The position numbers and the translations under genes are program-made. A DNA stretch of 64,000 bases from Antedon mediterranea (Eukaryota; Animalia; Echinodermata): assembly GCF_964355755.1 (NCBI RefSeq), contig NC_092671.1, positions 2,976,001 to 3,040,000 of the forward strand, written 5' to 3'. This document shows positions 24,601 to 38,623 of the stretch, in pieces (within the stretch, counting starts at the first letter, position 1; each line of letters starts with the position of its first letter). Below the pieces are notes generated by a model, which made no database searches, had not been told where the DNA came from, and saw only the letters and a program-made list of their open reading frames with translations.

Positions 24601-27600
24601 GTAGGCATTTACTAATTTGATTTTAGTTACTTTTTGTTTTGTTCAGGCACTTTCAACACAAGCTTTTGCTTTTTAGAAATTGTGCCTCCTTCATAATATT
24701 GTTTTATTCATGTTAAAGATGAGAAAAAAAAAATTGTATTGTTTTAACTATCTTTCTTCTCGTCATGAATTTTGTATTATATTATTTATTTTGTATATAT
24801 TATGAAGGAAATAAATGTTACTATGAAATGAAATGAAATGAAATAGGGTACAGATACGGGCACAGGGTACAGATACGGGCACAGGTACAGACATGGGAAC
24901 TGGGTACAACTACAAGTAAAGTTTACGAAGGGGTACAATATTTAAAATCATTGCCGATTCTTCGATCTGCAAATACAGATGACGACATATCTGTAATCTA
25001 AAATCACAGACACCTTTCCATGCATAGTCAATTCCCTGTGGAGGAAACAGATAGATTCTCTACTGTACAATGTTGTCTAAATGTCTATTGTGTTTAATTT
25101 AACGCAATATAATCATGACTACAGTATAGCACACTCAGGACACAAAACAACAGAGTACTGTAATGTTTATAATATAAATAAATACTGTATGATCATTATA
25201 CTGTATAATTAGGACCATGTTTACTCTTTAAATCTGTGTTATTGCAATAAATATTTAGTAAGCTTTAGGGGATAATCATACACATTGTATTGTATTCTCA
25301 TAAACGTCTACATTCAAACACTTCCAAAATCATGGTATTCCAGTAAAAAAAGTAATTGCAGTATAATAAACATGATTCCTTTATTAGATGTAATTAAGGC
25401 TCAAATTGTTATTATAGCTTGAATTCTTCACAATGGATAGTTAGTCCCTTTGTACCCTCCTACTGTAGTTTGTATAGTACATTACTAGTTTCACAACAGT
25501 TATTTTAAACTGTACTGTACAGTACCAGTGTCACAGATGTTCCAACACTTCCGATTTCTCTAAGAGCCTCCCAAATTTTTGTATCCAATCTGCTCAAAAA
25601 TGTTGGTTTTACATTAGATAAAAACATTTTTCCAACCCATTTTTACTATGCAAGTTCTTTTTTTCAGAGGGTTATTTCTGTATTTAATACATAATTACAT
25701 CCTACTACATGTATAATAATTAGTAGAATGCAGGACACAATACTGGTAAACATTGAAATGCTGATTTAAAACGTGTAAAATCCATTACCATAAACACATA
25801 GGTCTTAACATTAAAAATGTGTCAGATACTGTATGTTAAAACATGTCACTTTCATAAACCTACAGAAATTGTTAACTTGGGGGTTGTTATCCCTTGTTAT
25901 AGTATTTTGCAAATGGACAACAATAATTGGGCTAATAAAATAAGCTACTGTAGTATAAATAGTAAACTAATTCAGTGGGATAGTGACATGAAAATTACAA
26001 TAAGTTACAACTGAGCCAACCACTATACAGGTGACCTGCCAACCTGCCAAACAGTTATTTTAGTATCTAACCTGTAATCTATCAATTATATTAAATAATA
26101 ATAATAATGATTATCCATTACCTGCCACTGTAAATGAACATTAATATTAAGATTGTCTGCCTAAAAAGTCCTGCAAATGCCATGTAGTTCCGGCGGCGGT
26201 TAGAATTTGTTGGCACGAGTCCCATTTATCAGTTGCTGGATGAAAAGATATTTGAGTACAACTAAACAATAAACCGGCAGCCAGGTTATAGTTTGTGGTC
26301 ATCACCTGAAGCACGACATATTCAAGGGATCTTACTATGAATATCTCCATATTCATATCAATACCACTATTTCTTTACTGCAGCTCTGTACTGTACTTGG
26401 ACCTTTATATATAGATAACTGTATAGCAGATATAATACTTTACCCCTGGTGGTAATGCTGAGTTTAAGGGATCAACTCGACAATCTTCTCGAGCAATGTC
26501 TATACTTTTATGATTTATGTTAATTGTTTTAATCACCAGTGTCGTAAACGCATGGTACTGTTAGTTAGGACAGACATTTTCAAGACTGTAACGTCATAAT
26601 TTCAAATAATGTATAATAAAATAATAATGATTTTCTGTTTTATGTTAATTGTTATAATCATCAATACGAGTACGCACATGTATTATATTCAAATTTTGTC
26701 CAGTGATATACTATAATTATTAATTTCCGCCAAATTATAAAAGAGTTATAAACCATTAGTTTTTACCTGTTTTGGGGCATTGTGGCCCAGGGGACTCGCA
26801 ATCTAGAAGTTAAATTGATTTTAAACTGAAGTTTATTTATACCTGCCGTCGTCAGTACAGAACATTCAGTGGCCAATTTTGAAATAGGAGCCTACTGTAG
26901 GGCCTAAAAATGGTAAAATGAAATCCAGAACTGAACCTCTTGTCCTACTGTAGTGTATCTTTGCATTGCAAAAAATTTAGGAGGGAGTTGGTTAGTTGCA
27001 CCTTGGAAAAGTGTTGTTCCCTGTATTAAAGAAGACTCTCTACAATCATTGATACACCATTATCTAACGAACATAAAGCTCGCAAATACAAATTCCAACC
27101 TTTGATCAAAATACTTTATCCATACAGTATCTTATTTGTCAACATTGTTGAAATTTAAACATACCGTCATACAATATTTATATAATTATTTTATTAATAT
27201 GTGGGTGGCTGGTAGACAAAGGACACAGTTTTGAGATTAATACCTTACTGTACAGTAGTAGTAAAATACAGTTAATAATCTGGAAGCTAACTTGACCTGG
27301 GGTTAATTAAAACCACATTTATTAAATCAAAACCAATGCATTACTAATTATACACTAACTAAACAGCTACCAATTTGAACTAAAGTGTACTGTATTTTCA
27401 TTACAAATTCAAGAAAAGTACAGTATACAAGATGAAAAAACCACCGAAAACAGAAATGTAAAATCAACACACATACTGTGTGTGTATGTGAAAGCCATGA
27501 GGTTTTATAAGCCAATATTTAAAATATATTATTAGGCCAAAAAAATATTTAAGCGTCCGTCATATCTCTCATATGATTAAAAAGACGATCAATTTTAGTG

Positions 27601-29468
27601 CATTAAATGTTTTTATTGATGTTGAAAATGTGTGTACTGTAGTAATTCATTTCTTCATGTTTTAAAGGCTGGGTCCGTGTCAGTTTATCTTAAAATGGTA
27701 GCAAACATGAATTAATGTTCATGAACTATTAAAATACTGTACATAGAAATTTATTCAGAGGTTGGCGCTAAACAATGTTTGGTTTTACATACAATATACA
27801 GTAAACCTCTGTATAGTTTGAAAAAAAGAAAGTGTGATGTGCCCAAATATGGTAGTGATATGATATCATCGTGTCCATATATAGGCACATCACATCACAT
27901 AAAGTTTAATAGTGTAGACAGAGCTTTAAAACTTTAACTTTAAACTTTAAAAAGAAAAAAAATTCTTTCTACACAAATATTGGATGCCTACAGTAGACTT
28001 TTTTCAAGAGCAGCATAAACGCATTTTTAGGTGCAACATTATTTTGTGACCTCAACATTTGTGTTGAAGAAAACTAATCATGTACAGTGTGGTATAAAGT
28101 GAGAGGACTGTTAATTAAATTGTGTTAGAAGCACATTCTAAGAAAGCAGAGCCATCAACCATTCTAAATTAAAGATATTAAGTTGCCACTAACAATGTTT
28201 CTCACAGATTGACTGGTTACATAACCAGTATGATCAAAACAAAAAAAAAGATTATTGTCGCAACAGACAGGATCAACGAGGATCTACAGACGAGTGTATT
28301 CACTGTACGTACAATGAACTTGTCAACAATATTTAAAACACTATCACTGTTTTCTCTTTCGAATCACTGTGCAAACTTTGACAGCAACAAGATTGAGAGT
28401 GGTTAGAGCATTTCCAGGAAAAATCATCCTGGATGGCAAATAAAATTAAAAAGAAACAAAATCATAGGGGGTCAATTATAAGTATACATAGGAATCCTTA
28501 TGAAAAAATGCAATGTCACTGTAACTTATAACCAGAATTTACAGTAGTCTGAACACCCCTATTATGAAATGGTACGGCTATGAACCCTGGCATTTCTTCA
28601 CCCTGGCATTATTTCCCCTAGGTACTGTAGCATTATTTCTGATTCGCCCATACAGTTAGTAGGTCAGAAGAAAAAAGATTATGTTTGCAACAGACTGGAT
28701 CATTCGGGGATCATCTGACAATATTAGCGTACAGTCACCAAACGTGCATTGAACTTGGCAATATTAATAACATTTTAAATGTTGATACCATTTTCTTTGC
28801 CTTATAAAACCAAAAAAGATTGTAGGATGTACTGTACAGGTATCCAACAATGAGACAAATAATGTATAATAAAATGCTTTAGGGTATTAAAGTAGACCTA
28901 CAGTACTGTACTGTACTTTAGAGTACTGTAATATTTAAATATTTATTTATTTATTTTTATTTATCTATATTTAGCGTATATTAGCCTAGCTTGGTTATGA
29001 TCAAAAGGTAGGTGTATTCGGTGTATGGACGTCGCCAAATACAAAATAATGTATTACGACACACACTGTAGATCTTCGAATTAATGGGTGGGCTTATACC
29101 CGAGTGCCTCATTTTTCATGAAAATTAGTCAAAAGTCGGGGGTGGGCTTACTGTATACCCGAGGGTGGGCTTATACCCACGTCAGTACGGTATTTATAAC
29201 AAATACAGTTACTAGAACCAACTAACTTATTTCTCCATGCTGATAACAGGGAGTTTTCAATTTGTGATGGCCGAAGTACAGTACGTCATATTAATTCAAC
29301 GTGTGCATGCAGCGATATTACTGTACTGTAGGACGCGCTTCCTTGCTTAACGCCTCCACACAGTTTTGATGGTTTTTAGGTTCAGGCGACAAACAACATG
29401 TTAATTTACCGCCAGGGAAGGACCACAAGACAAAAACTCTTTCAACTATAGTGTACTGTAGATCAATT

Positions 29469-31867
29469 GTGGCACATGCAAGCGAAATCGGACATAAGTC
29501 GCATTTGTAGATTTATAGAAACAGCCAAAAACATTAAAAGGCTGAAAAATTTCATTTTTTTATTTTTACAGAAAATGATAGCTGAAACAATATTTATTTA
29601 CATTACCTTGGTGTTTTTCTATTTTAAAACAAATAAATAGATACATTTTAACATTTTGTTTAGTATGTTGGTTAAAAAGATGGTGTAAATTATGTATGAT
29701 TTTCAAAAAACCTATCATGTTTTATGCTTAAATTGAAAGTTGAATTTTGCATAATGCAATCGGACATCTAAAAGGTCGCAAAGCTACCCTAGATGTCACT
29801 TCTGAAATGACGTGAAATGTTGCAGGTCGCCACACAGAACCCAGTATTCGTCGACCATGTACATAGACTGTTTGAGGAAATTTGGAGAACCAAAGAAGTA
29901 CCAAGCGATTGGGGACTGTCCAAATTAACAACCATTTGGAAAAAAAAAGGCAGTCCACTTGATCCATCAATGTATAGAGGAATATCGATTGGGTCTACTT
30001 TTTCAAAAATACTTATGGTTATCATTCTTTCACGTTTTCCCATCTTTTATGAAAGTCAACTTCTACGCACACAGTTTGGATTCAGGTCCAACAGAGGGTG
30101 CAATGATGCTATATATGTAATCAAGCAGATCCAGGAAATTGCCTATCGCTCAAATCGCAAACTCTATACATGCTTCATTGATTTAACAGCAGCATTCGAC
30201 CATGTGAATCGTAACCTTCTTTTCCTAAGCGTTCGTAATAGGTTTCACTTAAACCAGTCTACTACTATGATTGACATAATACAATCACTGTACAGCTCAA
30301 CGAAAGCATACCTTGCTGACGACGATCCGAGTGATGATAAGTTCGAAACATCTTCTGGTGTGCGACAGGGTGGTATTGAGAGTTCAACCAATATTTTGAT
30401 TACGTTATCAACGCTGTAAAGATGCTAGTTTGGATGGCCTAATGATACAATACCTAATTCCAATTGAAGCTACAAATCGTGCTCAAAGATGTAAAGCACC
30501 GTCAAGGGGCATCTATGACGACTTTGAAAGTGGCTATGCTGACGACTTTGCTGTAAGCTCCTGGTCACAAGAAGAACTGGAAACCATTGTGAACATCTTG
30601 AATGAAGTTTGTCTGGAATTTGGTCTAAGAATTAGTGCCCCAAAAACAGAAACCATTATATGGAACTGGAAAGAGGAAGTTGAAGAATACCCAAGATGCA
30701 TCATACAAATTGGCAGCGTACACATTAACAACGTAACACACTTTAGATACCTTGGTGTATAGGCTACCTACAATGATGTTCATATTGGAGATCAAGAAGT
30801 AAAATACAGAATCAATTCAGGCAAAGGAGCATTTGCAGAGAATAGGGCATTGCTTACCAACAGAACGATCCACCTACAAACAAGAATGATGTTTCTTAAT
30901 GGTCTAGTTAGGAGTAGACTCACCTATGGTTGCCATGCTTGGAGGGCAACAGGAAGTGAAATGTCCAAACTTAGCACAACATACAAAACCTTCCTAAGAA
31001 GAATGCTAGTGAATGGCTTTCAAAGGGTCTGCCCACCAAACCATGTAGACATATCCTCAGATGAAGAAACAGATGAAAACTACATAGACTGGCGTTACGT
31101 AATTGATAATGACGATCTCTACAAAATTACTGGCTGTCAACCGCTAGAAGAATATGTCTACAAGCAACAATTCAACTGGATCGGACATGTAATTAGAAAA
31201 GAAAATGAAGATCCTACAAAAATTCTTACTTTTTACACAACACAACATAAACGAAGAGGTCGGAAGATACCATCAGTACTTCATAGAGTTGTACAACAAA
31301 GTCAACTTACCAGATGCAACTTCATTGGAGCCTGCTTCAACAGAAATTTATAATTCCCAGCAATGTTTTAACTGTATATATGAACTGTTTTATAAGTTGT
31401 TTTGTGACTGTGCAATTTGGTAGTAGTAGTAGTCACTCTCGTACTGTACATTTAAAAGTAACACATCCAAATGCCAACTTTAAGTCAATGGCTACCATGT
31501 CTCTGTGAGACAGTTATTTGAACCAGTACCATACCAGTATAAAAATAGTAAAACAATAGTTAATTAAGGAAGGTGCGAAGTTTCATTCAAATAAAACAAT
31601 TAGAATACCCTTTTGCTAAGGCGTAAACTTAGACGCCCTGTTTCTTTTGTTGTTGTTTTTATTTCCTGTTACTTAACTTTAAAAGCATTTTTCTCAAAAC
31701 ATTGATTGTAACAACCAAAACTTTAGACTGAGATATCTCTGGAAGTAGACATGGTATCAAGATATTTTTTTTAGCATTTTAAATCTTGGATTATGTAGTT
31801 TCAGTATTTGTGGAAATCTCAATTTTGAAAATTCCGACTTATGTCTGGTTTCCCTTGCAGATGCCAC
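29469..31867. mobile_element. Sola1-like non-autonomous TIR element interrupted by a 1.8-kb insert
   Basis: GTGGCA...TGCCAC termini, imperfect TIR of about 33 bp, AATT 4-bp TSD (29465-29468 / 31868-31871); matches 37342-37968. Confidence 0.8.
29756..31435 (+). mobile_element. 5'-truncated non-LTR retrotransposon RT pseudogene (RTE/L2-like clade, not resolved)
   Basis: YRGISI, QFGFR, FIDLTAAFDHV, GVRQG, YADD, FRYLG and WIGHVIR motifs across three broken ORFs; (TAG)n tail near 31420-31433. Confidence 0.92.
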
Positions 31868-32540
31868 AATTTTAACCTAGTTACCACAGTAAAAGATTAA
31901 TTATATTATTCAGGTGAAATTTTTATAGAATTGTCCTAACAAGACACTAATTATTTTTACATTTAAATTCTAAAAAAGAAATGCATTTTGAAACCACAAC
32001 AAAAAATGAGTTAATGAATTGAAGGCACTTCATTGTCATTCCATAATTAAATTGACAGGTGATCATGTTGTAACGCTGTTTGTAAGAAAAGTCTTTTGTT
32101 TGTTTTCACGCGCTTTTTTTTATATACTTTTTTACAGGTCATAACAAAAAATTTTTAATAATTTGTAAACCAGATTTTCCAAGAAAAACAGACTTTTTAG
32201 TTTTGGCCTCAGCGAGGTGAACACACTTTTATTGCTAACAAAGACCATATAAATTTAGTTTATAAAATAATTCTTATTTTTGTTTATATTATTAAAAACT
32301 AGTTTTTTTCACGTTTGTTCATCATTTTGCTAATTTTGATACTGTAGTTGTATTGTCATAGAGGAAACACACTTTGTTTTGAGCGAGCCTCTGTTTTAAA
32401 ATTAAAGACACCTTCCCTACAATTTGTGACTTTTTGTAAAAATAATACATATATTACTTTAAAAACATTAAACCAGGTCATTCCTTGTCTTAAATGTACG
32501 TTTTATGGTAAATTATAATAAAAAATGAGAAACAATGCAC

Positions 32541-35500
32541 TACCTAGGCTACGCTCGCGCTAAGGTCAACATTTCGTTTGCCAAAATGGCGAAAGGTTTT
32601 GAAAAACATTAGCCAAATTGAAAATCCTTTAGCCAAATTTAAAAAACCATAAAAATTCGCAAAAATGTTTATTAAATAAATAATGCATGTATTTGTATGT
32701 TATTTTACTTCTTTTACATTTATATTATTATTATTTATCCCAATGAAGCTGATTTTCATTACCGCGATTTTAACACGTTCGTGAAATTTCAAAAAAGTGA
32801 CGTGTCTTTGAAGTTAAAAATATACTATTTCTTATGTACCCATGAGAATAAAAATTATATGCCTGGAAAGATCTTGTTTAAGGGATTATTTTTATATATT
32901 TATAATCTATGTTTATTAAATATTTTAATAGAAAACGCGAGTTAAAAATGAGGTACAAAAGCCGGCAAGCCGAAATCCGCGCGCTAAAAATAACTTTGGA
33001 AAACACCTACCCATTTTCGCACCCGATCGCACGAGGTCCATAATAGGTGGTGGAGTAATTTTTGTTGCATGTTATCAGGCTTTAAATACTCTTTATTTTG
33101 ATATGTAAATCGGTTATTATTATTATGTACATCCGCCTCCAAATGTCAATTTTAACGATAAAAATTGAATTTTTGAGTCTTTCTCATTATCAAAATCTGG
33201 CTAATTTAGTATTGAATTGAAGCTAATTTATATTTCTGTTTGATAAAACACATCGTTTTATTTGACTTTGCGTGGACCTCGTGCGAAGCGGCCAACAAGA
33301 CCAACCCCTGAAAAAAATAATCCCTACCATAAATATCAGTGTTTACCATTTTCCTTACGGGGGATTCAGTTCTCCGCTTATTACTAAATTACCGTCGCCC
33401 AGGCAATGTGCATGGTATGTGGGCAATTCCATGCAAACATGGACATGACCAAAAAAATTCAAATTATTTAGTCAGCTCAAAATTTGTGTTTATGTTACTC
33501 TTTGAATATGTGGGAACTAGGTTTTTAACTTTTTCAATTCATTTATGACTTTTTGCAGCCAAAAAATTACGTTTATTCAATGTTGAATATATATTTTTTT
33601 TTAGGTGTGAAAAATAGGTAATTACGTTAACTGATTATTATTTTCCCAACAAAGCAATATTTATAAAGTAACATGTCTAAGTAATACGGTAGTACACTTA
33701 AGATGTATGGAAAATATGATATAACTACAAATGTTGAATATCCCATATAGGAGTGCTGTGTATATTCTGTTATATATTAGGGTATGTAATGCGAGTGACA
33801 AAAAAAATGATTTTTTTTTTTATACCATCATGATGATAATTTTTTTTAATGAAATTTTATAATTTAGCTATACTACTTTGAAAAATTAAAATTTGACAAA
33901 TAAAAATAAAAAATCCCCGTAAATACAAAATTGTTGAGACATTGAAAAGTGAAATGCGAGTGACGTGTAATGCGAGTGACGTTCAAAAATGGAAAATGTA
34001 ATGCGAGTGACATTACTAAAACTCTTTTTTTTGTAAAGTAAAATAGTAATTAATCTATCATTAGTTATGAATTAGTCCCAGAATTAGTATATACATTAAT
34101 TTCATAATACAATGTGTGATTTGGCCCTTATTTGGAGGCACTACAGTATAATAATTATAGCATTAGGTTTGTTGAGGGCACAATCCCTAGCAACGACCTT
34201 TTTGCAGTTAAATCATTTGAAAAATCAATCATTATAAGAGCTCATTAAATAAAAAACACTAAATCTGGTGAGATTTAACAAATTTGGTACAATCTTTTGT
34301 GAAGATAAGAAGGTAAGAATAAGTATACATTTATATTTAATCACAATTTTTAAGTTTTTTTTTCTTATATTGTTAGTGTTAATTATTTCAAATTCTATAA
34401 TTTGAAAACACCGCATATAGGCCTAGGCTATATTAATTTATTTATATATTATTATTTATATATTATTATTTACTAGGCATATTTTACATCACCAGGTCTA
34501 AAGCATTGTAGTTTTAAAAACAAAATATATACAGTAATTGCTTATTATTTAAAAATAATTTTAAAATATCATTCACATTTGCATCCTGCCTTTAGAAATG
34601 GCCGAACGACAGAGAAACTACCTAGAAAAACAGAAAGCCGAGGGAAAATACACCTCATACAGAAACAAACAAAATGAAATTTCGAAAAGAAGTAAAAAAG
34701 TAAAAGAAAAGAGAAAATTCTAGCTCTGCCACCAGCTTTGAAGAAGCAGAAGATTGATGCTCTTAAAGTTGCTAATAGAAAACGTGTGGCTATTAGTTCA
34801 GAGCAAAGAAGGCTGCTTTGGCATCAGACGGGCCATCACCTTTTAGAAGTGCTATGGCTTTGCTAAAGCCACTACCAGGGCAAAAAGAATGCTTGATGCT
34901 GGTTTGCGAAGAACTTTGAGTTCCATAATTTGTAAAATGGCTGTTTGAATTTTCTATTTTCATTTTTAGTGACCGTATAAGTGTTCTGTTACTGTGTTTG
35001 TAAAAAATCAAGATATTCTGTTAGTGTTTAAAATAGATGATGTCCTTTAGAACTTCATCCAAATGAGTTGAAATAAAAGTTTTTACTTGAAAATTGATAT
35101 AACATTCTTTGAGTGGTTTAATGTTGCATTATTTAATTATTGTCTACTTTTCTTTCTGCTTTGCTTAGTAAATACTAAGTTCATTTCTTACGGTAATGCG
35201 AGTGACAGTAATGCGAGTGACGGGACTTTTTTGTTAAAATGTAAAATATTTTTTAAATCTATGTAATGTTGAATTTTTTTATTATCCTATTTTATACTTT
35301 AAAAGTACAGCAATTAAAAATATAAGATCTTTTGATTCATATATTTTTAGTTTAAGGACACGTTCTTATCAAATCTAATCAAATTTTTGTTGTGTCCTTT
35401 TTGTGTAATGCGTGTGACAGAATTTCGCAATGTCGTCATTGTCGAAGTAAAAGACATACAATTTTTTTTATAGTAATTTATTAAAGACTTGCACCTAAAG

Positions 35501-36505
35501 TATGTTCATATAAAACATTGACTTAAAAATCCAATTAGTATAGAAAGTACAAAGCTTAGACTAACAAAAATGACTGTAATGTGTAATGCGAGTGACCATG
35601 GAATTGCCCCTGTATGTATTAGCGCGTTAATTAATGATTGGATTACCCCCGCAGTGGACTGTTCCATTTTCTGAACTAGTCTTCGCCGCACACGAGGCAT
35701 GTCGAAAAATGTCACCTCTCATCATGGAATATTTGCTTCGAAACGTCAATTTTACCGATTTATTAAATTATTTAATAATTATCAATCTATTATATAAAAC
35801 AAGAAATGTACCGCAGAAATTTAAGAAGCTTTGAATTTGCTATGCAGCGGCCGTAACCCATTCTATGTAGGCGGCCGAAACGCGCTTTGGCCATGGTTGC
35901 CGTTGCAGTATACGTTGTTTCTTAGCTATTCAATCTAAAGCGCAACTTTCGGTTAGAATAATCGAAAGGGAAATAAAATTAAACATGTTAACATTATACT
36001 ATTGAGGTAATTACTTTGTTAAATTTAAAATTCCCCTTTTTAAATAACAGAACAGCCTCGTTTACGGAAGTATTCGTCCACATGTTTCTGTTTACATTTT
36101 CTTCTCGAAGTTCATTTTCTACGTCGAAGAATAGGGACTTCTCCTTTTATTCGCTCATCATCACGTCGTCGACGGTCGGCCACGAACCAATCCATTAACT
36201 GTGTGTCATTAAAACGTCATCGAGGCACGCTCTGCGCATGTTTAAACAGAACTAAAAAAATTAACACGGCGATCGTGACGTCGTCACATAAAATGCTGTT
36301 TTGGTAAAAAGTGTACCCGAGTCAGAAAGTACCGAAGTGTGGCGAATTCTCGCTCCCATAAGAAGTCACGCCGACCAGGCTAGGCCTAGGCTTGGAAATG
36401 TATTTTCGCCAATTTGGCGAACGAGGCAATAATTATTTTCGCCAAATGGAGACTCCAGTCGCCATTGGCGAATTGGCGAGCGGTTAGCGAGAGCGTAGCT
36501 AGGTA
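32541..36505. mobile_element. Middle nested TIR element (hAT-like subterminal TTCGCCAA/TTGGCGAA motifs)
   Basis: TACCTAGGCTACGCTCGCGCTAA versus TTAGCGAGAGCGTAGCTAGGTA inverted termini. Confidence 0.55.
33421..35609 (+). mobile_element. Sola2-like deletion derivative with a transposase N-terminal relic (34598-34880)
   Basis: TIR GGGCAATTCCATG / CATGGAATTGCCC, ATGT/CTGT flanks, about 8 internal GTAATGCGAGTGAC motifs, broken basic ORF MAERQRNYLEKQK...SPFRSAMAFAK. Confidence 0.65.
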
Positions 36506-37341
36506 GCTCGCGGCGACTGACCTCTCAAGGACGGTCGTTAGGCCTAGCCTAGCTAGGCTTAGTTTTGTAGGCCTAGCTGGTAAACATCGGTAACGTACGA
36601 ACATCGTACGCTAGCTATATACCTAGCCTGACGTTGTATAGTTGCTGCATTAATTGTCTTTCTATTTTTGCCAGACTCCGTTAATACAAATTGGGGAAAA
36701 CCCGGTATTTTAGCTGAAAAGTTAGGAGTCTTCCATTTGTTTTGGCCTCACGATCGATCGAAAAGTGAGTGAATTACAGAAGAAAAACAGAAATATCAAT
36801 CCGCGAGCAATGCATTTTGGGATTTATAGCGGGCCGCTATAATTATTAGAATCGACTTATTTTTCACATTTTTAACCATTTAAAGACGAAAAAAGTTATT
36901 GCAATAGGACCATATAGTATTATTTTTAGATTAAATATAGTTTGTGATCTTAAAAAAAGATCTAAAAAACATAGGGAAGGTGTCTTTATTTAAGATTTTA
37001 TTAATATTATATTATCATGTTGCAATCAGACACTTAAACTTGTTTAAATTTTTGTGGTGTTTGTCATTATTGTTGTTACACTGATGTATTCCTTCTATAA
37101 AAAAAAGCCCTATAAGGGATGAAATAAGGATAAACTGAATTGATAATAATAGCAATACTAACCCTAAATTGAAAGATAGTGCATTGCACTATTATTATAA
37201 AGCATAGGTCATAAGGCGGTTCAAAGTATTTTAAAATTATGTTTAAATTTAAAATGCAAACTGTTGTATTAACTGGTATTCCCACATAATAATAATAATA
37301 TGGTACGATTACAATATTTAACATTTAATTTATTAATATAT

Positions 37342-37968
37342 GTGGCATATGCAAGCAAAATCGGACATAAGTCGCATTTGTAGATTTGTAGAAACAGCCA
37401 AAAACATTAAAATGCTGAAAAATTACATTTTTTTATTTTTACAGAAAATGATAGCTGAAACAATATTTATTTACATTACCTTGGTGTTTTTCTATTTTGA
37501 GACAAATAAATAGATACATTTTAACATTTTGTGTAGTATGTTTGTTAAAAAGATGGTGTAAAATGTATGACTTTCATAAAACCTATCATGTTTTATGCTT
37601 AAATTGAAAGTGTTCCATTGAGTTGATTTTAATGAAATTTTGCATAATAATAGAACAATAGTTAATTAAGGAAGGTGCGAAGTTTCATTGAAATAAAACA
37701 ATTAGAATACCATTTTTCTAAGGCGTAAACTTACACGCCCTGTTTATTTTTTTGTTGTTGTCATTTCCTGTTACTTAACTTTAAAAGCATTTTTCTCAAA
37801 ACACTGATTGTAACAACCAAAATTTTGACTGAGATATCTCTGGAAGTAGGCATGGTATCAAGATATTTTTTTCAGCAATTTAAATCTTGGATTATGTAGT
37901 TTCAGTATTTGTGGAAATCTCTATTTTAAAAATTCCGACTTATGTCTGGTTTCCCTGGCAGATGCCAC
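37342..37968. mobile_element. Sola1-like non-autonomous element, uninterrupted copy (627 bp)
   Basis: Same TIRs; ATAT 4-bp TSD (37338-37341 / 37969-37972), consistent with an AWWT target. Confidence 0.82.
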
Positions 37969-38194
37969 ATATTTTCTAATACAGAGCTTTAAGTTATCCT
38001 CTGAACATCACTCACATGCATCAATTCTGCTAACTCTCTCAATAAACTGTTTTCTCTGGCAAGGTATCATTCATATTGAATTAAACACAGTAAGCCTGGA
38101 ATATACAAAAGCACTGCTCCAGACAGCATCATTTCTCCTCGGAGGGAAATGTGGTACATAAACAAAATAGGAAAAGTTTTTTTTAACGCCGTTG

Positions 38195-38623
38195 CTAAAG
38201 ATACGGTACCGTATCCATGCTTTTAAAAACTAAAGATACGGTAATTATAGAGGGCGCTTCCGTTTGCTAAAAGTACGGTAAAATTGTATTACTAAAACTC
38301 GTACCTAAATATAAAACTCGTTCCTAAATATAAAACTCCTTCCTAAATATTAAACTCCTTCCTAAATATTAAAAACCTAACCCTCTAAATAATCTCTCTT
38401 AAATTAAAAACTAAAAAAATAAAATAAAAAAAAGACGTCAAGAAGAGCATCGAACCCCCAACCCCTTAAGCCAAAGCCTCATCACATGCCCACTAGGCTA
38501 CACAGCTAGCTTGCAGAAAACCAATGCAATAACCTATTTGATTAACATCCACATTACATAGCGCCCTCTATAATTACCGTATTTTTAGTTTTAAAAAGTA
38601 TGGATACGGTACCGTATCTTTAG
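38195..38623. mobile_element. MITE with 64-bp TIRs and an internal tRNA-like cassette
   Basis: 38195-38258 is an imperfect inverted repeat of 38560-38623. Confidence 0.8.

Larger units (their letters stand above)
32406..36985. mobile_element. Kolobok-like outer element of a nested transposon cluster
   Basis: TIR AGACACCTTCCCTA / TAGGGAAGGTGTCT with TTAA / TTAT flanks. Confidence 0.6.

Noticed and set aside
23799-24615. Ten overlapping Cys/His/Pro-rich ORFs of up to 253 aa
   Set aside because: Products of a stop-free 19-bp minisatellite that is open on both strands; not a metallothionein- or keratin-like gene.
26147-26500. GC-richer segment with a 69-aa ORF and a possible donor
   Set aside because: No recognisable homology or consistent exon boundaries; it could be an enhancer or UTR exon but is unsupported.
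29817-31353. Active retrotransposon or domesticated RT gene
   Set aside because: 5'-truncated, no endonuclease, frameshift near 30400 and a stop at 30760-30762.
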